Below, piece after piece: positions 10,759-19,968 of a DNA stretch of 64,000 nucleotides. The stretch is taken from the NCBI GenBank assembly GCA_965203515.1, contig OZ241907.1, forward strand, positions 2,944,001 to 3,008,000. The letters run 5' to 3'. Positions within the stretch are counted from its first letter, which is position 1. Every line of letters starts with the position of its first letter. Below the pieces are notes generated by a model that worked only from the letters and a program-made list of their open reading frames with translations, was not told the DNA's origin and did not search any database. Source of the stretch: Spirochaetia bacterium (GTDB lineage: Bacteria; Spirochaetota; Spirochaetia; SZUA-6; Bin103). A program made the translations under genes and the position numbers.

Positions 10759-11904
10759 ATGATTCGCGCCCCGGTCAAGCCGGAGCTACTGCGCTGGGCG
10801 CGTGAACGCGCCGGCCTGGAGGTGGAGGCATTGACGCGGCGGTTTCCCAGATATCAGGAATGGGAGAACGGCGCCGCGCAGCCGACGCTCAGGCAGGTGG
10901 AATATCTCGCCAAGGCAACCCAGGCGGCGGTCGGGTATTTCTTTCTGACAGCGCCCCCCGACGAGTCGCTGCCGATTCCCGACCTGCGCACGGTCGGCAG
11001 CGTCCCCATGGGCCGGCCCAGTCCCAACCTGCTCAGCACCATCTATCTGTGTCAGCAACGCCAGGAGTGGTATCGGGAGTTCGCCAATGCGGAAGGGGAC
11101 GGTCCGCTGTCGTTCGTGGGGTCGGAGACGCGCATCAGTGACACCGAGCAGGTCGCAACGCGGATTCGGAACTCGCTCAAGCTCGACTTGGCGGCGCGGG
11201 CAACGCTCCCGACGTGGACCGAGGCGCTGCGTCACTTCATCGCCGCGGCCGAGGCGCTTGGCGTCCTGGTGATGGTAAACGGCGTCGTCGGCAACAATAC
11301 TCATCGCAAGCTCGACCCGGACGAATTCCGAGGGTTCGCGCTGGCGGACGAGGTCGCTCCGCTCATCTTCATCAACGCCGCAGACACGAAGGCCGCCCAG
11401 ATGTTCACCCTGGCGCACGAACTGGCGCATCTCTGGTTGGGTCAGTCGGCGCTCTCCGATGCCACGCCAATCTCGATGCCGGCGCACGCGGTCGAAGGCT
11501 GGTGCAACCGGGTAGCGGCCGAGCTGCTCGTGCCGCTCCCGGCGTTGCGCGAGCAATATCGACCGGAAGAAGATCTGTCCGCGGCGCTGACACGCTTGGC
11601 GCGCCGGTTCAAGGTCAGCACGCTGGTCCTGCTGCGACGGATTCACGATCTGGGAACATTGGGCGAAGCAGCATTTCGGGCTGCCTACCAGGCTGAGCAT
11701 GACCGTCTGCGGACGCTGACCACGGCAACGGGCGGCAGCTTCTTCCCGACCCTCCAGTCGCGCGTAGGGCGCCGCTTCGGCCGCGCGCTGGTGATCAGCA
11801 CGTTGGGCGGGCGAACCTCGTTCTCGGAGTCCTTCCACCTTCTCGGAATCAAGACGCCGGCGGCGTTGCGCGACTTCGCGGCCAGCCTGGAGATCGTCGC
11901 GTAG
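10759..11904 (+). CDS. XRE HTH + ImmA/IrrE metallopeptidase
   Basis: N-terminal HTH (LLRWARERAG...WENG...PT), FRGFAL, FTLAHELAH (HExxH), CNRVAAELL. Confidence 0.88.
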   Translation: MIRAPVKPELLRWARERAGLEVEALTRRFPRYQEWENGAAQPTLRQVEYLAKATQAAVGYFFLTAPPDESLPIPDLRTVGSVPMGRPSPNLLSTIYLCQQRQEWYREFANAEGDGPLSFVGSETRISDTEQVATRIRNSLKLDLAARATLPTWTEALRHFIAAAEALGVLVMVNGVVGNNTHRKLDPDEFRGFALADEVAPLIFINAADTKAAQMFTLAHELAHLWLGQSALSDATPISMPAHAVEGWCNRVAAELLVPLPALREQYRPEEDLSAALTRLARRFKVSTLVLLRRIHDLGTLGEAAFRAAYQAEHDRLRTLTTATGGSFFPTLQSRVGRRFGRALVISTLGGRTSFSESFHLLGIKTPAALRDFAASLEIVA

Positions 11905-12105
11905 ATGGCGTATCTTCTTGATGCGAATGTCTTTATACAGGCCAAGAACCTCCACTACGGATTCGACTTCTGTCCGGCATTCTGGGACTGGCTCGTGACG
12001 GCAACACGCGCGATCGCGTGCGCCGACGCGCCGCGCGGTTCAGCCGCGTGGCATCGGCTCCGGCGGCTCGGCCCGGATGCCGGCGACGCCCGGGATGATG
12101 CGTAG
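11905..12105 (+). pseudogene. DUF4411 (PIN-like) protein, truncated after ~32 codons
   Basis: MAYLLDANVFIQAKNLHYGFDFCPAFWDWL, then runs into the thuA 3' end. Confidence 0.75.
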
Positions 12106-12768
12106 CGGCGCTGCCCAGCGCACGGCGTTGACCAGCACGCGGACGATCTCCGGCTGGTAGTAGATCGGGTAGGTCTCATGGCCCGGCTGGAAGTAGAAGA
12201 TGCGGCCGTTGCCGCGGCGGTAGGTGACGCCCGAGCGGAACACCTCGCCTCCTTCGAACCAGGAGATGAAGATCAGCTCGTCCGGCGCGGGGATGTCGAA
12301 GCGTTCGCCGTACAGCTCCTCGTGCTCGATCTCGAAGTAGTCGCCGATCCCCTGCGTGATCGGGTGGTTCGGCTCAATGTTCCAGACGCGCTCGCGCTCG
12401 CCGATCTCGCGGTGGCGCAGGCTGCAGCGCGTGCCGAGCACCCGCTTCATGATCTTGGAGACGTGCGAGGAGTGGAGCAGGATCAGCCCCATGCCGTCGT
12501 TGGCGCGGAGTTGCACGCGGTCGACGGTCGCCTCGTCGACCAGGGCATGGCCCTTGTGGCCCCACCAGATCAGCACGTCGGTGGCGTCGAGCCGTTCCTG
12601 CGACAGCCCCTGATCGGGTTGGTCCAGGCTGGCGGTGGTCACCGCCAAGTCGGACTCGCGCCGCAGCCCCTGGGCGATCGCCTCGTGGATGCCGTGCGGA
12701 TAGACCGCGGCGACCTCGGCATCTTCCCGTTCCTGGATGAACTCGCACCACACCGTCACGTCGATCAT
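12040..12768 (-). CDS. thuA: ThuA-like trehalose utilisation protein
   Basis: VYPHGIH, DVLIWWGH, EELYGERFDIP, WFEGGEVFRSG and PGHETYP motifs. Confidence 0.88.
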   Translation of the reverse strand: MIDVTVWCEFIQEREDAEVAAVYPHGIHEAIAQGLRRESDLAVTTASLDQPDQGLSQERLDATDVLIWWGHKGHALVDEATVDRVQLRANDGMGLILLHSSHVSKIMKRVLGTRCSLRHREIGERERVWNIEPNHPITQGIGDYFEIEHEELYGERFDIPAPDELIFISWFEGGEVFRSGVTYRRGNGRIFYFQPGHETYPIYYQPEIVRVLVNAVRWAAPLRIIPGVAGIRAEPPEPMPRG

Positions 12769-12919
12769 GCCGCCAGCCTATGCCAGCGCCGGCCGGGCCG
12801 TCGAGCCCAGGATCGGGGACCGTACGCATCGACCAGCACCACCACGCGCGCGGCCCTGCCTGCCGGTGCACCGCGGCCAGCAGTCGCGCGAACCACCCCG
12901 GCACGTGGATGCGGGCACT

Positions 12920-13190
12920 CACGGCTCGCATTCGAGGTCGCCAGTTGCTCCGTCATGCGTGCCGGCAGCACGCCCGGTCTCTTGAAGTTGCCGCTGCCGA
13001 AGCTCTGCCGCACCAACGGGTGGCGTGTGGCCAGTCCCATCCGTGGTGAAACGGTTCCTTGAGGATTTCGACGAACAGTCTCTTGCCGAAGCGGCGCGGG
13101 CAGGACAGGAAGTAGTGCTTGTCAGCGTCGTCCACGGACCGGCGGGCGTAGCTGGTCTTGTCGACATAGCAGAAGTCTCCTGGATCTGCG
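12920..13190 (-). pseudogene. Frameshifted N-terminal remnant of an AAA-ATPase_like/PD-(D/E)XK family gene
   Basis: YVDKT...HYFLSCPRRFGK...WDW in one frame and RHPLVRQSFGSGNF in another. Confidence 0.65.
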
Positions 13191-13263
13191 ACCGCGTCAT
13201 GTCGGCGCCGGATGCGCACGGCTGTTGCTGAGCACCGTGTAAGCGTCCGGGGAATCCCACCCT

Positions 13264-14955
13264 CTACGTAGCGGGCGGCGGCGGTGGACGCGCGGTCGGC
13301 AGGAGCGCCAAGAAATCGGCACGGGTACGCGCGTGCGGCAGCTGCTCGAACAACTCGCGCAGATACCAGTACGGCTCTCGCCGGTTGGCCTTCGCCGTCT
13401 CGATCAGGCTGTACAGCGTCGCGCTCGCCGCAGCGCCGCGCGGGCTGCCGGCAAACAGCCAGTTCTTGCGGCCCACCACGAACGGCCGGATCGCCTGCTC
13501 GCAGGCGTTGTTGTCCGGCGTCAACTGCGCGTGCTCCACATAGCCGATCAGCTTCGGCCACTGTCCCAACGCGAACCCCACCGCCTTGCCGAGCGCCGAA
13601 CTCGGCAGCACCTGCTCCCGCTTGTGCCGCAGCCACTCGTGCATCTGCACGAGCACCGGCTCCACCCGCGCGCGCCGCTCGGCCACGAACCGTTCGGGGT
13701 CCTCGGTCCGGTACCTCGCTAGCTGCGTCTCGATGCGGTACAGCTTGGCGATGTACCCCAGCGCCTGCAGCGCCGCACCGCTACGGCTCGATACCTTGCT
13801 CAACGCCTCGGCGGCCTCCTTGAAGGCGCGCCGCACGTGCGCCCAACAGCCCACGTGCCGGATGCCCGGCTGGCTGCACGGCCGCAGGTAGCCCTCATAC
13901 CCATCGGTCTGCACGTAGCCCTGGTAGTCGCCGATGATGTCGGCCGCCACCCGTGCGGCCCGACTCGGCTCATACCGGTAGATCACCACCGGCGCCGCCG
14001 GCGGCCCGCCGCGGGCCACCCATACGTAGCTGCGCGTCGCGTTGGCGCGTCCCGGCTCGTTGAGCACCTGCACGGTCGTTTCGTCGATTTGCAGGATCGG
14101 TCCGCCGCGCAGTTGGTCGCCCAGCGCTGCCAGCAGCGGCCGACAGGCGCCGGCGACCGCCAGCATCCAGTCGGCCATCGTGCGCCGCGACACCGCCACT
14201 CCCAGCCGCGCGAACTGCTGCTCCTGCCGGTACAGCGGCAGCGCGTCGCAGAACTTCGCCGTGGCGATGAACGCCAGCAGCCCTTCGCTGGCGACTCCTT
14301 TGCGGATCAGCGCCGCCGGCGCCGGCGCCACCCGCACCGCCGCACGCTGCTCGTCGCCGGAGCCCTCGCAGTGATGGCAGGCGTACTTCGGCCGCACCGT
14401 GCGGAGCACCCGCACCTGCGGCGGGATCACGTCGAGCTTCTCGGCGGTCTCCTCGCCGATGCGGACCATGCGGTGGCCGCAGGCGCACTGCTGGTCTGCT
14501 TCGGGAAGGTCGACGACCCGCTCGACCCGCGGCAGCGACGGCGGCAGCGGTTGGCGGCGCGGGCGCCGGGCGCGGCTCGGCACCGGGGCGGCCGCCGGTT
14601 CGGCAGGCAGTGGGTCGACCGGCAAGGCGTGGTCGGCGCTCCGTTCGATCTCGTTGAACAGCCGGATCTGCTGCTGCTCGGCAGCGCTCAGCTGTTCGCT
14701 GCTGCGCCCGTACCGCCGGTTTCGGTACCAGGCGAGCTCCTCTTCATAGAGCTCAATCTTCTTGTCCAACTCCTGGACCTGATGATCCAGCGCATGGACC
14801 TGATGATCCAGCGCACTATTCCTGGTGACGAGTGAACTATTCCTGGCGACGAGTTGATCGTTGCGCACGATCAACTCGTCTTTTTCCAGGACCAGCAGCC
14901 GATTCTCCACGCGCAACCTGTCGCGTTGTTCGACCACCGACGGTGCGGCAGACAT
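13264..14955 (-). CDS. tnpC: IS66 transposase TnpC
   Basis: RRYGRSSE, zinc finger, IDET, TDGY, GCWAHVRR, DNNACE, GRKNWLF. Confidence 0.95.
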   Translation of the reverse strand: MSAAPSVVEQRDRLRVENRLLVLEKDELIVRNDQLVARNSSLVTRNSALDHQVHALDHQVQELDKKIELYEEELAWYRNRRYGRSSEQLSAAEQQQIRLFNEIERSADHALPVDPLPAEPAAAPVPSRARRPRRQPLPPSLPRVERVVDLPEADQQCACGHRMVRIGEETAEKLDVIPPQVRVLRTVRPKYACHHCEGSGDEQRAAVRVAPAPAALIRKGVASEGLLAFIATAKFCDALPLYRQEQQFARLGVAVSRRTMADWMLAVAGACRPLLAALGDQLRGGPILQIDETTVQVLNEPGRANATRSYVWVARGGPPAAPVVIYRYEPSRAARVAADIIGDYQGYVQTDGYEGYLRPCSQPGIRHVGCWAHVRRAFKEAAEALSKVSSRSGAALQALGYIAKLYRIETQLARYRTEDPERFVAERRARVEPVLVQMHEWLRHKREQVLPSSALGKAVGFALGQWPKLIGYVEHAQLTPDNNACEQAIRPFVVGRKNWLFAGSPRGAAASATLYSLIETAKANRREPYWYLRELFEQLPHARTRADFLALLPTARPPPPPAT

Positions 14956-15006
14956 GTCTCTACCTTACCTCAAATACCGCCGCCAGTCAAGATCGAACCA
15001 AGCCCG

Positions 15007-15360
15007 TCAGGCGATTTCGGCGTAGCTCAACTCCTCGTGTCGGTTCCAGAAATCGATCCCTGCCAACAGCATCCGCAGCTGCTCGGCGTCGATCTCTCGC
15101 CGCGCCTCGGCCGCCGTTCGCGGCCACGGAAAGCTGCCCTGCTCCAACCGCTTCATCCACAGACAGAACCCCGTCCGATCCCAGTACACCGCCTTCAGCA
15201 GTCGCCGCTGCCCGTTGCAGAACACGAACAACGACGCCTCGAACGGACTCAACCGCATCTGCTCCTGCACCAGCAGCACCAGCCCGTTGATCTGCTTGCG
15301 CAGGTCGGTCGCACCAGGCCGCACGTAGATGCGCGCCGCCTCCAACTCCAGCCGGATCAC
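15007..15360 (-). CDS. tnpB: IS66 accessory protein TnpB
   Basis: TDLRKQINGL, FVFCN, WDRTGF..KRLEQGSFPWP. Confidence 0.95.
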   Translation of the reverse strand: MIRLELEAARIYVRPGATDLRKQINGLVLLVQEQMRLSPFEASLFVFCNGQRRLLKAVYWDRTGFCLWMKRLEQGSFPWPRTAAEARREIDAEQLRMLLAGIDFWNRHEELSYAEIA

Positions 15361-15671
15361 TTCAGCGCCTCCAGCGCCGCCAGCACCTCGCGCAGATGCT
15401 CAGCGCGGACCGACGGCCACAGCCGCAGCACGTACCGCTCGCCGACCAGCAACTCCATCGTCGCGTGCTGCTCGGCGTCCTTGGCCCCGCCGGCCGCCCG
15501 CGCCAACTCGACCAGCGGCTGACGCCGGTCGGCCGTCTCCGGCAGCTTGCCGTCCCAGTTGCGCAGCGACCAGTAGGACAGACCATGCTGCTCGCAATAC
15601 GCCTTCTTCGTGAGCCCACTGCGTCGCCACGCTGCCACGTGCCGGCTCCAATACTCTCGTCCCTGTCTCAT
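15357..15671 (-). CDS. tnpA: IS66 TnpA (HTH)
   Basis: W..HV..W.RSGLT...YC; first ORF of the IS66. Confidence 0.88.
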   Translation of the reverse strand: MRQGREYWSRHVAAWRRSGLTKKAYCEQHGLSYWSLRNWDGKLPETADRRQPLVELARAAGGAKDAEQHATMELLVGERYVLRLWPSVRAEHLREVLAALEALK

Positions 15672-15751
15672 CGTTCGTCCCTCCTGCCAGGGACGATGTA
15701 CCTCTATATATCCCCTTGTAAGGTGGGGTTCACCGGACGCTTACAGCACCG

Positions 15752-15823
15752 TCACTCGTTCGTGAATCCAGTAGTAATTATTCCTGTGATAATCCACGCA
15801 TCACCGTAAACCTGCGCATCACC
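15752..15823 (-). pseudogene. 3' remnant of a hexapeptide-repeat gene (paralog of 21007..21495)
   Basis: Reads GDAQVYGDAWIITGIITTGFTNE*; the DNA ggtgatgcgcaggtttacggtgatgcgtggatt matches repeat units of the 21007 gene. Confidence 0.7.
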
Positions 15824-15882
15824 TTGCTGGCGGCGCCACCGTCAGGACGCCCTACCCACACGAAACCCGGAAGCTCCTCAAT

Positions 15883-18800
15883 TCAATTATATCGTTCGGC
15901 ACGATGTTCGAGCCATTGCAAACGACGATCTACTTCGAGCTTTGAACCGGCTTTGGCCAGCCGATCGATGATCTCAGCTAGACTATAAAAGGTCCCTCGA
16001 CTGTCCGGACCGCAGACTCTCCAAAGCAAAGAAAGAACGTCCTCGGGATATTTCTCTGGAGCTTGTGAAGACGATATGAAATGAAGATCCAGCGACTCGC
16101 CATCGAATGGAACCATATATGGGTCAATTTGCTTAAACGCCGCAGGAAACTCATCGCCTGCTGCAATAACCAGTCCAATGAACGACTCCGTGAGTGATAC
16201 ATTACGAAACTCTCTTTCCTTGGGCCAAACATCATCGAAAAACGATGCAATCGTGTCGCGCCAAAATAGCTCGGCATTTGTATTCTCGTCAATCCATCGC
16301 CGTAACACTTCCAGCGCCCCAATTCGAATACTCTGCGACGCCCTGCGTAGAACGCTCGCGACATCAGACACGGTCAGTCCCCAGTCTCCAGGAACGGGAG
16401 CCAAAGCAGGTCTGAGAATATTGTCTGCGACGATGTCAGCATCGTCAACGGCCTTGCTTTCGATCGCGCCCTGCAACACCGCATCCCTGAGTTTACGCGT
16501 AACATCGGGCGTGATCCGATTGCTCAGCATCACCGCTCGGAGGGCCTTTCCTTCGTCATCCGAAGCGTCGATACGCTCCTTGATGACATCGACGCACGGC
16601 TGGCTGACGCCAACCACGAATGCCAGATGATGGGTGAGTACGATGCGTCCGAGCCGTCCGGGATTACCCACGTGGTGAGAAATCTCGCTTAGGAGTTCGA
16701 GTTGCGCCGCTGTTGGGGATTTGTCGTTTTGCTTCCTCGCATCAATCTCCAATAGCAATGTGTGAGTGACCTTTCCCGCAACTTCCTGGATCGCCAATTC
16801 AAATACATTAGTCGAGCGACCCAATGAGCTTTGCAGTTGTGTCGAGATGTCCCAAAGGCGCCTGAGCCAGCGGTCCATGTCCGCAATACGTGGTCTCGGA
16901 TCGGACATCAAGAGGGAAGCCAAGCCGGACGCCATCGGACGGAGAGACGCATCATCACTGGCGTTCGCCAAGTGATCGAATGACTTGACTGCCAAGTCGT
17001 CACGGGTCGGTTTGGATGCCTCGTGACCGAACTCTATTCCGAAAAGAAAGTCATTCCATAAGGTTCCGTTGGCTGAACTCAGGTCGGCGTTGGCGAGTAG
17101 ATCGAAGGCCCCCTGTGGATCGGATCGGCAGTACTTGGACCACCCAAGCCTATGCTCCGGTTCCGGCCGTCGGCGAAGTTCGCTTGCGACGCGTAAGCGA
17201 TCGTCTCCCGCGGCCTCGGCGATCGGTTCAGGATTGCCTGCAACAGATTGGGCTTCAGAGAGGTAGGAGCCAAAAAAGTCCTGGTCCTCGACGGCACGGT
17301 CGAGATATTCTCGTCGCTTCCTGATCGTTGATAGTTCCGTGACGCCGATTGAGGAAAGAGCATCTGCTTCCTGCAGCATCGTAAGACGAAGCCACACTTG
17401 AGTATCGCGCGCATGCTCACGCCAATCGACCTCATTCGGTTCGATCTGATATTTTTCGTAGAAATCGCTGGCGCCGCGAATTATCCGGTCTTCGACTTGA
17501 CTGGTCAAGTCTGGAGAGGCTGCGCCAGCCCGATCTTTCAGCAATAGCGGGACCTCTCGGTCATTAAGAAAGAAATCGACTTCGGAGGCAGACAATAACG
17601 TCCCCATCGCTTCGTCGGCTTCGAAGATATCGGTGGTTCTCATGGCATGGAGGCAGAGACGCAACCCTATCCGGCCGGGAAGACTCTTCCAATCGAGTAT
17701 ACGCCTCCTGACATGTTGCCGATCCTTCGCGACGGCGGCAGGAAGCACCTTCACCAACACTCGAACCAAGTGATTTACGCTGTCGCGATGTCTGTTTTGA
17801 GCATGCGGTTCAATCGATGGAACGTCGAAATCGTTGTGGTCGTGTTCTTTCGTGATCAGCTCCAGATCGGCTTCGAGATAGAGAGCGGATCGAAGTTGAG
17901 CTGTTGCGAGGTCTAGAGTACATAACGCGTACTCCTGTTTATCACATAGAGCATCGATCAACTTCTGAATGCTGAGCAAATCGGGAATTTCCATACGCGG
18001 CCAGACGACATCACTAAGGCGCTTGATCGGTTGGATTCCTTGCCTGCTTTCACGCAGCGCAAGAGATGGCGCAAGCAGTCGCACTGCCCTTTCCAAATCA
18101 CCATATACCGTCACGTCGCTCTTGAGACGCCTCGTCGCTTTATGAATTTCCTTCGATAGCTCGATGGGAGGATCGACGAGGCAGAAGATTCGCCATATAC
18201 GAAGCCATATCCGGCCCACGTCATTGCCGTAGAGCAGTCGCTGTTCGACTGCAGTTGTGAACGAAGGTCCGAGTCGCCTTTGCCACTCGCATGCGCACTC
18301 AAATCGTGCACGATCTTCAAAATCACGAGCGATCCACCTGGCTATCACGAAAGTGGCTTCTTCATGACTCCACAGACGTTCCTCCTCGAACACTGCAAAC
18401 CACGAGGGATCAGAGATCGTCTTGATCGCGACCGACCAGAGATCGCGATGTCCTCCAAACAGCCATCGGAGCGCCTCTCGAACCTTAGTGTCCGCATCCG
18501 CTACGGCTCCATCCAAGATATCGCTAGCTTGGTCGGTTCGCCAGCACCTCGGGCGGTCTACGACTTTTCCGAGTGCAGCCAAGTCACGCCAAAGTGGGGA
18601 GTGGTCGTGGGGACCCGCCTTACGGTAGGGTAGTGGCGTCACTGCGAGCGTGCCCCACGCCGTGGACGCCTCTTTGGGATCATGCTTGTATGCGTCGAAT
18701 GCATACACGGGCTTGAGATCCGGAAAGCGTATGCGATCGGCTTCAAGCACATTGAGGAAATAGCGAACCGGAGCATCACTCGCACTGTAGCCCACCAGAA

Positions 18801-19443
18801 CGATCGTCTTGCACCGTGCCAGATCGAAGAGGAAGCGCGATACCCAGCCGGATCGCATGTAGGCGTCTCCATAGTCGGCGCTGGAATGTACCAGAGGCGT
18901 AGATTCAAGTCCGAGATCTCTATCGGCGAGACGACCGTGAATATGGATGATTCCCGAGAAGGCCGCGCTTCCCGGTGCAGGAATCGATTGACCGGCAAAG
19001 CTGATATTGGCTATCTTTTCGTTGGTGAAGTCCGTAACTGCCCGTTCCAACAGTGTGTCGAAGTTCGTCGTCACCACTGAAACCCGGTTATCCCGACCAC
19101 GGGACAGACGAAGGATCGTACGATGCTGGTCGAGTTCAGGATCGTCGGGCACCGCAAGTAGATCGGAAACAGTGGCCGTGACACGGTCTGGGTCGGACAA
19201 CCGGCGACTGAGAGAGCCTAACACCTCCTCGAAGCGACCCCGGTCGAACGAACATCTTTCCGAGTCCGTCTTGTCGACCCCTATCTTCGAGTAGGTGTCC
19301 TCAACCAGCCGTTGAAAGCCGGGCATCTGCGGCGCACTCACCCCGGTGCCGCAAAGGAATATCACGTCTCCGGCAAGTAGAGAGTCGACGAAATCACCGG
19401 GGAAATCGGGGCCGTCTTCGGAAAAGCTGAGTGTCCCGGCCAT
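15883..19443 (-). CDS. SIR2-domain defence-associated sirtuin (Dsr1-like), 1186 aa
   Basis: FLCGTGVS, VTTNFD, IHIHG, SADYGDAY and VGYSASD SIR2_2 motifs followed by a long helical C-terminus; lower GC. Confidence 0.85.
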   Translation of the reverse strand: MAGTLSFSEDGPDFPGDFVDSLLAGDVIFLCGTGVSAPQMPGFQRLVEDTYSKIGVDKTDSERCSFDRGRFEEVLGSLSRRLSDPDRVTATVSDLLAVPDDPELDQHRTILRLSRGRDNRVSVVTTNFDTLLERAVTDFTNEKIANISFAGQSIPAPGSAAFSGIIHIHGRLADRDLGLESTPLVHSSADYGDAYMRSGWVSRFLFDLARCKTIVLVGYSASDAPVRYFLNVLEADRIRFPDLKPVYAFDAYKHDPKEASTAWGTLAVTPLPYRKAGPHDHSPLWRDLAALGKVVDRPRCWRTDQASDILDGAVADADTKVREALRWLFGGHRDLWSVAIKTISDPSWFAVFEEERLWSHEEATFVIARWIARDFEDRARFECACEWQRRLGPSFTTAVEQRLLYGNDVGRIWLRIWRIFCLVDPPIELSKEIHKATRRLKSDVTVYGDLERAVRLLAPSLALRESRQGIQPIKRLSDVVWPRMEIPDLLSIQKLIDALCDKQEYALCTLDLATAQLRSALYLEADLELITKEHDHNDFDVPSIEPHAQNRHRDSVNHLVRVLVKVLPAAVAKDRQHVRRRILDWKSLPGRIGLRLCLHAMRTTDIFEADEAMGTLLSASEVDFFLNDREVPLLLKDRAGAASPDLTSQVEDRIIRGASDFYEKYQIEPNEVDWREHARDTQVWLRLTMLQEADALSSIGVTELSTIRKRREYLDRAVEDQDFFGSYLSEAQSVAGNPEPIAEAAGDDRLRVASELRRRPEPEHRLGWSKYCRSDPQGAFDLLANADLSSANGTLWNDFLFGIEFGHEASKPTRDDLAVKSFDHLANASDDASLRPMASGLASLLMSDPRPRIADMDRWLRRLWDISTQLQSSLGRSTNVFELAIQEVAGKVTHTLLLEIDARKQNDKSPTAAQLELLSEISHHVGNPGRLGRIVLTHHLAFVVGVSQPCVDVIKERIDASDDEGKALRAVMLSNRITPDVTRKLRDAVLQGAIESKAVDDADIVADNILRPALAPVPGDWGLTVSDVASVLRRASQSIRIGALEVLRRWIDENTNAELFWRDTIASFFDDVWPKEREFRNVSLTESFIGLVIAAGDEFPAAFKQIDPYMVPFDGESLDLHFISSSQAPEKYPEDVLSLLWRVCGPDSRGTFYSLAEIIDRLAKAGSKLEVDRRLQWLEHRAERYN

Positions 19444-19580
19444 TACGGTGCCGATGGGCCGGCACCGGGCCGTCCCCGATGTCGTACTCGTCCTGCGCGT
19501 GCGGCATGACCAAGCCTGCCATCAGCATCGCCGCTACGGCGGCCGCGTTTCCTCGAACCATAGGCGAGCTTCAGCTTCAT
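19438..19580 (-). pseudogene. 5' remnant of a hexapeptide-repeat gene (signal peptide + QDEYDIGDGPVPAHRH), frameshifted
   Basis: Aligns with 21007-21140 at the DNA level; +1 frameshift in aggaaac. Confidence 0.75.
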
Positions 19581-19755
19581 GACCGGCGCAAGTAGACCGG
19601 AAGCGGACCGCGACTGTCAAGGCGGCCACCAGCCGTCCCCAGGCGGGTCCGTCTCGAACGTCGTGATGTTGCAGGCCGCGAGGCTACCTCCAGGGCAGAT
19701 CATCCGCAGTCGCCGAGAACGGGGACGAGGATATTGCAAATGGGCAAGAATCGGG

Positions 19756-19968
19756 CTATCCTGACCCGTCGCTGAGCATACGTGAACTCAAGTTGATGGA
19801 AGGCGTTGGTTTGATATTTCTAAGCCTGAGCCAGTAGAGGACGTATGAGTAATCGAGACAACGGGTGGATAGCTTCCATTAGCGATCTCCATTTCCGAAA
19901 GCCCCGACCTGCCGCGCCTGGGAATGAGTGGTCGGCACCTGACCTGCGCCATGGAGACCATGGCTACC
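19756..19968 (+). pseudogene. Diverged fragment of the TIR/SLOG gene junction (homolog of 39249..39463)
   Basis: Co-linear DNA similarity including ATGAGTAATCG and ctccatttccgaaagccccgacctgccgcgcctgggaatgag; carries a stop and a frameshift. Confidence 0.85.

Larger units (their letters stand above)
13239..15744 (-). mobile_element. IS66-family element, copy 1 (2506 bp)
   Basis: Terminal IRs GTAAGCGTCCGG.../...CCGGACGCTTAC; 8-bp TSD AGCACCGT at 13231-13238 and 15745-15752. Confidence 0.96.
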
